This document shows, in pieces, positions 1 to 6,899 of a DNA stretch of 21,674 bases. The stretch's first letter is position 1. The number at the start of each line of letters is the position of its first letter. Source of the stretch: Polyangia bacterium (GTDB taxonomy: Bacteria; Myxococcota_A; Polyangia; JAAYKL01). The notes beneath the pieces are model-generated. The model made no database searches, was not told where the DNA came from, and worked only from the letters and a program-made list of their open reading frames with translations. Location of the stretch: positions 1 to 21,674 of the forward strand of contig JBNKCR010000037.1 in NCBI GenBank assembly GCA_050287845.1, written 5' to 3'. The position numbers and the translations under genes are program-made.

Positions 1-198
1 CATCGTGAAGGGATTGCCGATGGATTCACCAAAAAATACAGCATACACAAACTGGTTTACTTCGAGCAGTTCAATGACATGGACAACGCCATCACACGGG
101 AAAAGCGGCTGAAAAAGTGGCGACGTTCATGGAAACTAAAACTTATAGAAGAGAATAATCCAAATTGGAACGATTTGTGGAAACAAATCACCACCTAA
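1..198 (+). CDS. GIY-YIG nuclease family protein (UPF0213-like), 3' part; 5' end lies outside the window
   Basis: Frame 1 reads HREGIADGFTKKYSIHKLVYFEQFNDMDNAITREKRLKKWRRSWKLKLIEENNPNWNDLWKQITT*. FTxKY..xLVYFE, AIxREKxLKxWxRxWK and NPxWxDL are typical of small GIY-YIG proteins. Confidence 0.92.
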   Translation, partial: HREGIADGFTKKYSIHKLVYFEQFNDMDNAITREKRLKKWRRSWKLKLIEENNPNWNDLWKQITT

Positions 199-211
199 GG
201 ATCCCTACGCA

Positions 212-238
212 CTGGATACCCGCCTTCGCGGGTATGAC
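212..238 (-). repeat. REP-like palindrome (GTCATACCCGCGAAGGCGGGTATCCAG on - strand)
   Basis: Hairpin ATACCCGC-cttc-GCGGGTAT, about 13 bp after the GIY-YIG stop. Resembles the GTCAT.CCCGCG.A.GCGGG.ATCCA repeat often found beside small GIY-YIG genes. Confidence 0.8.
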
Positions 239-331
239 GTCCTCTAAAGTTACTGAACTCTATCTCTGAGAGAGATCCAGACCCCCTGTGCCCGTCTGAT
301 GAATCAGAAGCGCTCCAACTGTTACACCAGA

Positions 332-1714
332 TCAGCTCTGCAGGAGCATGTACGCGTAGAAAAGCGACCAGATGGTGCCTGTCACCGCAATAACAGGGAA
401 GAGGGGGGTTCTGGGTTTACACAGTGCAACGCCGATGGCCAGCATCGAGAACCATATTGGCGCGTAATCAAGACTCAGCCGCATGTATCCACGACCGAAA
501 ACGCCGGGATTATGATAGAGCCACACCGGAACGGCCAGCAGCAGTGAAGTTGCGAGGAAGGCTTTCATGCGAACGAAACGGAACGCTCCGCCCAGGAAAC
601 AGATGATAATCAGAATGGGTTGAGAGAATATCAGGCTGTTTCCTCTGCGGTCACCCATAATTTTCATAATTCGCCAGCCATCGAATTCTATGGCAGGCGC
701 AGACCAGAACGTCCGGAAAAGATTTTCCGGCAGAAATTCGAATGACATCATGCCATATGTTCTGGCGCGCAATGCGATGTAGTCGGTGCGATCAATGTAA
801 AGATATTGATAGCCGGTATTCAGCGGATTCCCGAACTTGGCCAGATTCACTCCCATAAACAGTAGCCCTGCCAAAAGAGGGAAACACACCAGCAACAGCA
901 GGCTATTGACCAGTTGTCGACGCTCCGGTCGCCGGGAAAGCTTTTGAAGTATCCGCCACTCTCTATCGTACGGCCCGGCGACCAGCGGGAGGATAGGCAG
1001 AATGATGAGAATAATGTTCTGTATTCTGAACAGCATCGACAGACCGATGCACAGGCTTGCCAATAGACATCGGCGGAACGTGAGCGGGGCAGACACAACA
1101 ACAAAGAGCATTGCAAAAAACAGAATTGAAAAGCAATGATTCACCCGACAGACGTATCCCTGCATGGCGGATGGAAAACTTGCCAGATAGGGTGCCCCCC
1201 CAAAGAAAGAAATTGTCAGGCAGGCGGCTATCAGAGAATTGCCGTTTGACAGTTTGAATACACCGCAGAAAAAAAAGGCGACCGAGAGCAGCATGAGGAA
1301 CACCATTTCAAGTGGAAAATACCTCAGGCCCCTGGTCGGATTGACCCATAAATGACCCAGAAAAAACAAAGTCTGGCCAGACTGAAATACATTGTAATAG
1401 TGCTTCTTATGGACGGCAGAATCATGAAGGCGTTTTGGCAGCTCTATCGAGCCGTCCAACAGGCTCTTTGCTTCTGCGTAACATGGATTCCGGGAAAGCT
1501 TACCGGGGCAATCATCGTCACCGCTCAGGTCCTCCAGCAGGCCATTGAAATGAAGGGCTCCACTGACAGCGATCATCGTTGATACAAAAGCGACAAGCGC
1601 AGTTGAATACGACTTTTCCCATCTTTCTGTTATCCATTCGGTGAATAGAGATCCGGCATGTCGCGTGAAATTGCAACTCCTTCCAATTGGTGTTTCAATT
1701 TGCGAATGATTCAC
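332..1714 (-). CDS. Polytopic membrane protein, possible GT-C fold glycosyltransferase (ArnT/PMT-like)
   Basis: 460 aa with roughly 10 hydrophobic segments and an NxxKFGNPLxTGY loop. GTG start is preceded by GAGGGA. Function is inferred. Confidence 0.7.
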   Translation of the reverse strand: MNHSQIETPIGRSCNFTRHAGSLFTEWITERWEKSYSTALVAFVSTMIAVSGALHFNGLLEDLSGDDDCPGKLSRNPCYAEAKSLLDGSIELPKRLHDSAVHKKHYYNVFQSGQTLFFLGHLWVNPTRGLRYFPLEMVFLMLLSVAFFFCGVFKLSNGNSLIAACLTISFFGGAPYLASFPSAMQGYVCRVNHCFSILFFAMLFVVVSAPLTFRRCLLASLCIGLSMLFRIQNIILIILPILPLVAGPYDREWRILQKLSRRPERRQLVNSLLLLVCFPLLAGLLFMGVNLAKFGNPLNTGYQYLYIDRTDYIALRARTYGMMSFEFLPENLFRTFWSAPAIEFDGWRIMKIMGDRRGNSLIFSQPILIIICFLGGAFRFVRMKAFLATSLLLAVPVWLYHNPGVFGRGYMRLSLDYAPIWFSMLAIGVALCKPRTPLFPVIAVTGTIWSLFYAYMLLQS

Positions 1715-1827
1715 GTCGTCCCTCTATTCGTTGATGAATGGATTTGTTCGTGTTCGAATTGTTTCTTGTTTTTCATCGGGTGTTCTGTCCACATTGAGTT
1801 AAGTTAAGCTTCGTTTACATCGGTATA

Positions 1828-1843
1828 AGCAACACGTGTGCCA
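1828..1843 (-). promoter_or_regulatory. sigma54 (RpoN) -24/-12 promoter
   Basis: Minus strand reads TGGCAC-ACGTG-TTGCT, an exact match to TGGCAC-N5-TTGCW, about 115 bp upstream of the GTG at 1714. Confidence 0.75.
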
Positions 1844-1960
1844 ATGCTTTGTCTACCGATGTTTGCAGTGAAATCGAAGGTTTTGCCGGCAGGAATGTGC
1901 CATACTGTGCCATCCGAGCAGCCTTGATGCGGTGTGCAGCATCAAAGAAGAGAAGGCGGT

Positions 1961-1987
1961 GTGGGGCGAAAAATTTTTCGCCCGTAC
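1961..1987. repeat. REP-like palindrome (GTAG-type family)
   Basis: GTGGGGCGAAAAATTTTTCGCCCGTAC. Positions 1964-1983 are a perfect 20-bp palindrome. Related copies lie at 3650-3673 and 3691-3712. Confidence 0.7.
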
Positions 1988-2035
1988 GATACGAATTTTC
2001 CAGGGAGATGGCACTTGTGCACGCCGCGCCCACGG

Positions 2036-2140
2036 GCGCGGGCCACCCAGTTCGACCCCAGACGCCGCTATCACACCGTGAGCGACATGATGACCGCCCT
2101 TGAAAAATCCAAATCCGGCGCCGCCGCATTCGAATCGTGA
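2036..2140 (+). pseudogene. Remnant resembling the C-terminus (subdomain XI) of a Ser/Thr protein kinase
   Basis: Reads RATQFDPRRRYHTVSDMMTALEK, matching the kinase 'xxTxxDPxxRYxxxxxMxxAL' pattern. No upstream kinase lobes are present. Confidence 0.45.
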
Positions 2141-2141
2141 T

Positions 2142-2250
2142 ATGGATATCCTGAAAAACCAGAAACAGACAGCAGAGATAACCCGGAAACAAACCGAACT
2201 GAGCGCAAAGATAGACGCCCTGAAAGCGCAGATTGAAGATGATTTATGGA
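2142..2250 (+). pseudogene. Short coiled-coil ORF or remnant, reminiscent of the type I R-M HsdM C-terminal helix
   Basis: MDILKNQKQTAEITRKQTELSAKIDALKAQIEDDLW shows heptad periodicity, and the frame runs on into the REP-like element (stop at 2288). The similarity is recalled, not searched. Confidence 0.25.
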
Positions 2251-2337
2251 GCGCCCTTTCAGGGCTGGCGGTTTCCTTGTTGCTTTGATAAACCAGCGCG
2301 TTGCACTGGGCTGGTATGCTGGTGCCCCTGCGGGGCT
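2251..2337. repeat. Tripartite REP-like hairpin element
   Basis: Three hairpins: GCCCT-ttc-AGGGC (2253-2265), CCAGCGC-gtt-GCACTGG (2293-2309, degenerate CCCAGGGCGTTGCCCTGGG) and GCCCC-tgc-GGGGC (2324-2336). The layout resembles repeats beside IS200-like/RAYT tyrosine transposases. Confidence 0.65.
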
Positions 2338-2515
2338 GTGGGCAAAGGCAAATTTCGAGGGGATCCTTCAGGGATAACCCCCGCATCTGCGTTTAAATTT
2401 GTGGACTACCGTGTTTAACAAAGGGCAGAGACAGAGGCCAGCCCGTACGGGGGAGCAGGCGAGAGGATGCGGTTTACGGTTGAGTCAGTGGGCGGGGTTT
2501 TATAAAAATGAAGGT

Positions 2516-3526
2516 ATGAAGAAGAATGATTCAGATGGGTATGAGCGTTTGCTGGCAGAGCTTTCGGGGATGTATGAGTCGGCGGTGGGGTTGGGAGTAA
2601 AGGCCCGGAGTGAGGCGCTGGTGCAGGTGTTCTGGGAGATGGGCCATCGTATTGTGACAGTGCTGCAGATGGCGGATGGGGCGCGGACGGCGATGTATGG
2701 GGAGAATGTGGTGGAGCGGCTGGGCAGGGATTTGACGAGGAAGCATGGGAAGGGGTTTGGGCGCAGCAATATGTTCAATATGCGGCGGTTTGCGCTGGCG
2801 GTTCCGCGGGAGGAGATTTCGCCGGTGCTGTCGTGGACCCATTATCAGTTGCTGTTGCGGGTGAACGATGAGGTGCGGCGCGCGCAGTTGATGCGTCAGG
2901 TGATTGAGGAAGGGATATCGTGCGAGGCGCTGCGTCAGCTGGTGGGGGTATCGGAATCCGGGAGCGGGGTGGATGGCGAAGATGGATATCGGTTTGGGCT
3001 GCTGCCCCGGGAGGGACAGCCGGGGATTGTGAAGGTGGAGAAAAATGGGTTTGTCGCAAAAGGGGGATGGCTGCTGAACCTGGGGTTTGAGGTGCGAAAG
3101 GAGATGGCGGCAAAAGAGATTGGGAATCCGCAGGACGGGGAGCTGCGGCTGTGGAACGGAGACGGGCGGCTGACCCGGGTGACGTGTGGGCGAACGGCGC
3201 GGTATTGTTATGATGCGCTGGTGAAACGGGTGGTGGATGGGGATACGCTGGTGCTGCGGATTTGCCTTGCGGACGGGACGTTTCTGGACGAGCGGATTCG
3301 GTTGCGGGGGGTGGATGCGGACGAGCTGCCGCTGGAGAGCGGGAAGCGGGCGGCGGCGTTTGTGCGGCGCCGGGTTGGGGAGGGCGACCGGGTACGGGTG
3401 CATACGTTCGGGGGCGATCGGTATGGGCGGTATGTGGGGGATGTGTTTTATGGGGCGGATTTGCGGTGGTTGAATCGGGAGCTGGTGGAGAAGAAGGTGG
3501 CGAGATTTCTGGACATGAAAATTTAA
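2516..3526 (+). CDS. DUF1016 (YhcG) N-terminal domain fused to a thermonuclease (SNase-like) domain
   Basis: N-terminus has FWEMGHRIV...YGENVVERLGRDLTRKHGKGFGRSNMFNMRRF...LSWTHY (DUF1016_N). C-terminus has RVVDGDTL...RIRLRGVDADE...DRYGRYVG...LNRELV (SNase motifs). ATG 2516 is preferred over 2399 because the domain starts just after it. Confidence 0.88.
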   Translation: MKKNDSDGYERLLAELSGMYESAVGLGVKARSEALVQVFWEMGHRIVTVLQMADGARTAMYGENVVERLGRDLTRKHGKGFGRSNMFNMRRFALAVPREEISPVLSWTHYQLLLRVNDEVRRAQLMRQVIEEGISCEALRQLVGVSESGSGVDGEDGYRFGLLPREGQPGIVKVEKNGFVAKGGWLLNLGFEVRKEMAAKEIGNPQDGELRLWNGDGRLTRVTCGRTARYCYDALVKRVVDGDTLVLRICLADGTFLDERIRLRGVDADELPLESGKRAAAFVRRRVGEGDRVRVHTFGGDRYGRYVGDVFYGADLRWLNRELVEKKVARFLDMKI

Positions 3527-3599
3527 CCGGGGTAAGGTGGAATGGCTATCCTGGATGGAACTCCCATCGATTTTTCTGATATGCGCTGAACAGGAAGGA

Positions 3600-3627
3600 T
3601 GAAAAGTCCAATCGATTGGACTTTTCA
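3600..3627. repeat. Perfect 28-bp palindrome TGAAAAGTCCAATCGATTGGACTTTTCA
   Basis: Identical to its reverse complement with no loop, 73 bp downstream of the DUF1016-SNase stop. Confidence 0.9.
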
Positions 3628-3649
3628 GGGGGTAGTGTGGGGAAATGTG

Positions 3650-3712
3650 GTAGGGTGAGAATTTTGGCCCCTGGTGTTCGGGTAAATGCGGTGACGAAAA
3701 ATTTTTCGCCAC
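3650..3712. repeat. Degenerate REP doublet, same family as 1961-1987
   Basis: GTAGGGTGAGAATTTTGGCCCCTG (3650-3673) and GTGACGAAAAATTTTTCGCCAC (3691-3712). The second copy shares the 14-bp core CGAAAAATTTTTCG with 1967-1980. Confidence 0.6.
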
Positions 3713-3737
3713 TGTGACGTTAGCCCTCTTTCTGATA

Positions 3738-3766
3738 TTGACACGTATGACGGACAACGTTAATTA
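3738..3766 (+). promoter_or_regulatory. Candidate sigma70 promoter for gatCAB-aspS
   Basis: TTGACA (3738-3743), 17-bp spacer, TAATTA (3761-3766; imperfect -10), 6 nt before the gatC ATG. Confidence 0.5.
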
Positions 3767-3772
3767 ACGCCC

Positions 3773-4045
3773 ATGAATATTAATGAATTAAAGACAACTG
3801 CACAATTGGCCATGCTGGATATTCCAGATCCCGAGAGGTTGGCGCAGGCATTCACGGAAATGCTCGATAATTTCTCAAAGATGATGGAAGTGGATGTGGA
3901 CGGTCTGGAGCCAACCACCCATGCCCTGGCGCAGGGAAACCGGTTGCGACAGGATACCCCGCGGGGAACGGACGAATCGGAAGCGGTTCTGGACCGCGCC
4001 CCTGAGCGACAGGACAGATTTTTCAAAATCCCCAATGTGTTGTAG
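3773..4045 (+). CDS. gatC: Asp/Glu-tRNA(Asn/Gln) amidotransferase subunit C
   Basis: 90 aa with VDVDGLEPTTH, NRLRQD and APERQDRFFKIPNVL motifs, directly upstream of gatA. Confidence 0.93.
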   Translation: MNINELKTTAQLAMLDIPDPERLAQAFTEMLDNFSKMMEVDVDGLEPTTHALAQGNRLRQDTPRGTDESEAVLDRAPERQDRFFKIPNVL

Positions 4046-4077
4046 CGTTTCCGGTAACTGGTGATAAAGGCCCGACA

Positions 4078-5463
4078 ATGACTTTTTTACAAAGCTGGGG
4101 CGCCGTGCTTAAAGACGACGCCACTAAAGATAAGTACCGACAGTATGTGAGCGCATGGGAAAGCCGAATCGCGTCCATGCTTGAATTTGATGTGACCCGG
4201 GATGATTCTGCGGCGGCCGCCGGGGCGCTGCTGGGAGTGCCGTTTGCGGTGAAGGACAATATCGCGGTGAAGCACTTCAACCTCACCTGCGGATCCCGCA
4301 TTCTGGAGAATCTGGTGTCGCCCTACACGGCCACTGCGGTGGCGCGATTGCAGGCCGCCGGCGCCAGTGTGGTGGGCAAAACCAACCTGGATGAGTTCGG
4401 GATGGGGTCTTCCACCGATAATTCAGCGCTGCTGAAAACCAATAATCCCTGGCATCCCGATGCGGTGTCCGGTGGTTCGAGCGGGGGGTCCGCGGCGGCG
4501 GTGGCGGCCGGTCTGGTGCCCTTTGCCCTGGGGTCGGATACGGGGGGGTCGGTTCGTCAGCCCGCGTCGTTCTGCGGATGTCTGGGGCTCAAGCCCACCT
4601 ATGGCACGGTGTCGCGATTCGGGCTGGTAGCCTATGCGTCATCGCTGGAAGTGATTGGGGTGCTGAGCCGGGATGTGACGCTCATGGAGACAGTGTACGA
4701 TACCATGGCCGGCGTGGATGAGCTCGATCAGTCTTCGGTGAGCCGTCCGGAAGTGGCGCCGTCGCGGGAGACGAAAACGGTGGGCGTACTGAAGCAGATC
4801 GCCGAGCTGTCGCCGGCCATTGAAAAGGCCTACCGGGAGACCATTGAGCGGGTGAAGGCCATGGGGGTGAAGGTGGTGGAAATTGATATTCCCGCGCTGG
4901 AGTATGTGGTTCCCGCCTATTACACCATTGCCACGGCGGAGGCGAGTGCCAACCTGGCCCGGTACACGGGGATTCGCTACGGGCATCGCACCGGGAATGT
5001 GGACAGCATGGAGCAGATGGTGGCCGCTACCCGGAATGAAGGATTTGGCGATGAGGTGAAGTTGCGGATTCTGCTGGGCACCTATGTGCTGCGCTCGGGA
5101 TTTCAGGACCAGTACTACATTCGCGCCCAGAAAATCCGAACGGCCATTCGCAATGGATTTGATGGGGCCTTCAATGAGGTGGATTTGATTCTGACGCCGG
5201 TGTTTCCCACCCAGGCATTTTTGCGGGGGGAAGGGGAGCTTACGCCGTTTCAGCAGAAACTGGCGGACAAGTTCACGGCAGCGGCCAACCTGGCGGGGAT
5301 TCCCGCACTGACGGTGCCGGTGGGCGTGGAAGATGGGCTGCCTACGGCCATGCAGCTGCTGGCGCCGGATTTTGCAGAACACCGGATGTTTGATTTTGTC
5401 CGCCAGCTGGAGGTGGATATGGGCGCCATTGTGCCGGATGGCTATGACGAGGGGTGGAGGTAG
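4078..5463 (+). CDS. gatA: Asp/Glu-tRNA(Asn/Gln) amidotransferase subunit A
   Basis: Amidase signature KDNI, GKTNLDEFGMGSST, GGSSGGSAAAV, GSDTGGSVRQPA, plus GatA-specific EASANLARY and GFGDEVKLRILLGTYVL. Confidence 0.97.
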   Translation: MTFLQSWGAVLKDDATKDKYRQYVSAWESRIASMLEFDVTRDDSAAAAGALLGVPFAVKDNIAVKHFNLTCGSRILENLVSPYTATAVARLQAAGASVVGKTNLDEFGMGSSTDNSALLKTNNPWHPDAVSGGSSGGSAAAVAAGLVPFALGSDTGGSVRQPASFCGCLGLKPTYGTVSRFGLVAYASSLEVIGVLSRDVTLMETVYDTMAGVDELDQSSVSRPEVAPSRETKTVGVLKQIAELSPAIEKAYRETIERVKAMGVKVVEIDIPALEYVVPAYYTIATAEASANLARYTGIRYGHRTGNVDSMEQMVAATRNEGFGDEVKLRILLGTYVLRSGFQDQYYIRAQKIRTAIRNGFDGAFNEVDLILTPVFPTQAFLRGEGELTPFQQKLADKFTAAANLAGIPALTVPVGVEDGLPTAMQLLAPDFAEHRMFDFVRQLEVDMGAIVPDGYDEGWR

Positions 5464-5467
5464 CGTT

Positions 5468-6886
5468 ATGTACCAGTCGTTTATCGGACTTGAAATTCAT
5501 ATTCACCTGCTCACGAAAACCAAGGCTTTCTGCGGGTGCACTGCGGAATTCGGTGCGCCCCCCAACACCCATGTGTGCCCGGTATGTCTGGGATACCCCG
5601 GGGTGTTGCCCGCAGCCAACGAAGAAGCGATGAAGATGTCGTACATGGTGGCCAGGGCCCTCAACTGCGAGCTGTCGCCCAGGTGTTACTTTGACCGGAA
5701 GAATTATTTTTATCCGGATATGACCAAGAATTATCAGATCAGTCAGTTTCACGATCCGGTGGGGCGAAACGGGTATTTCGACATTGAGGTGGATGCCGAA
5801 ATCCGGCGTGTCCGGATTCACGATGTGCACCTGGAGGAGGACGCCGGAAAGATGATTCACAGCGGCCGGACGTCGTTGCTGGATTACAACCGGGCGGGGA
5901 CGTCGCTGCTGGAGATTGTGACCGAGCCGGATCTGGTGACCGGGAAGGACGCCGAGGCGTTTATCCGGGAGTTCCGCCGCATGGTGCGTCATCTGGGGGT
6001 GTGTGACGGGAACATGGAGGAAGGGTCGCTGCGCTGTGATGCCAACGTGTCGATTAATCTGAAGGGGCAGGGGCTGGGGACCAAGACCGAGGTGAAGAAT
6101 CTGAACTCGGCCAGGTTTGTGCGCAAGGCGCTGGAATACGAAATCAAGCGGCAGGGCAGGGTGCTTTCCAAAGGCGACCGGGTGATTCAGGAGACCCGGT
6201 TGTGGGATGGGGACAACAACGTGACCGCCAGTATGCGCACCAAGGAACAGGCCCATGACTACCGGTATTTTCCGGAGCCGGATATGCCGCCGTTCAGTCC
6301 GGACGAGGCGTTTATGGCCGAGGTGGACAGTAGACTTCGGGAGTTGCCGCTGGCGAAGAAGCAACGGTATCTCAATGATCTGCAGCTGAGTGTGGATGCC
6401 GCGGAATTTCTGGTGGAAGACCGGCAGTTCTGCGATTTGTTTGAAGAGACCTGTACCCTTGGCGCGGACGCCAGGCAGGTGTCGAACTGGTTGTGCGGTG
6501 AAGTGCAGGCGCAGCTGAAGCGGGCGGAAGTGGGTCTGGACCAGAGTCATCTTTCGGCTGCCAGGTTGAATGAGCTGGTGACCCTGGTGGAGAGCAGCGT
6601 GTTGCAGCGCGGCAAGGCCAGAGAAGTGATTGAGCTGGTCATCCGCGATGATAAGGACCCCGGGGTGATTGTGAAAGAGCAGGGGTTGGAACAGGTGCAG
6701 GATGATTCGCAGCTGGATGGCTGGGTGGCCGAGGCCATCGCGCAGAATCCGCAGGCGGTGGAGCAGATTCAGGGGGGAAACCGGAAGACGCTGAGTTTTC
6801 TGGTGGGGCAGGTGATGCGGTTTTCAAAAGGAAAAGCTGATCCCAAGAAGGTGACCGATAAATTGTCGCAGGCACTCGGCCTGTAA
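5468..6886 (+). CDS. gatB: Asp/Glu-tRNA(Asn/Gln) amidotransferase subunit B
   Basis: IGLEIH, CPVCLGYPGVLP, FDRKNYFYPD, HLEEDAGK, LRCDANVS, DYRYFPEPD and a YqeY-like tail. ATG 5468 follows GGAGG; the ORF-track start at 5333 overlaps gatA. Confidence 0.97.
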   Translation: MYQSFIGLEIHIHLLTKTKAFCGCTAEFGAPPNTHVCPVCLGYPGVLPAANEEAMKMSYMVARALNCELSPRCYFDRKNYFYPDMTKNYQISQFHDPVGRNGYFDIEVDAEIRRVRIHDVHLEEDAGKMIHSGRTSLLDYNRAGTSLLEIVTEPDLVTGKDAEAFIREFRRMVRHLGVCDGNMEEGSLRCDANVSINLKGQGLGTKTEVKNLNSARFVRKALEYEIKRQGRVLSKGDRVIQETRLWDGDNNVTASMRTKEQAHDYRYFPEPDMPPFSPDEAFMAEVDSRLRELPLAKKQRYLNDLQLSVDAAEFLVEDRQFCDLFEETCTLGADARQVSNWLCGEVQAQLKRAEVGLDQSHLSAARLNELVTLVESSVLQRGKAREVIELVIRDDKDPGVIVKEQGLEQVQDDSQLDGWVAEAIAQNPQAVEQIQGGNRKTLSFLVGQVMRFSKGKADPKKVTDKLSQALGL

Positions 6887-6899
6887 ACGTGGAGCAAAG

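Noticed and set aside
1740..2515. oriC as the explanation for the skew switch
   Set aside because: No perfect DnaA boxes seen (only 2-mismatch CTGTCCACA and TGTGGACTA), no dnaA/dnaN/gidA, and the skew appears to fade within ~10 kb. Not fully excluded without the whole genome.
2531..3757. 408-aa minus-strand ORF opposite the DUF1016-SNase gene
   Set aside because: Pro/His/Gln/Ile-rich shadow of the G/T-biased + strand codons, with no recognisable domain.
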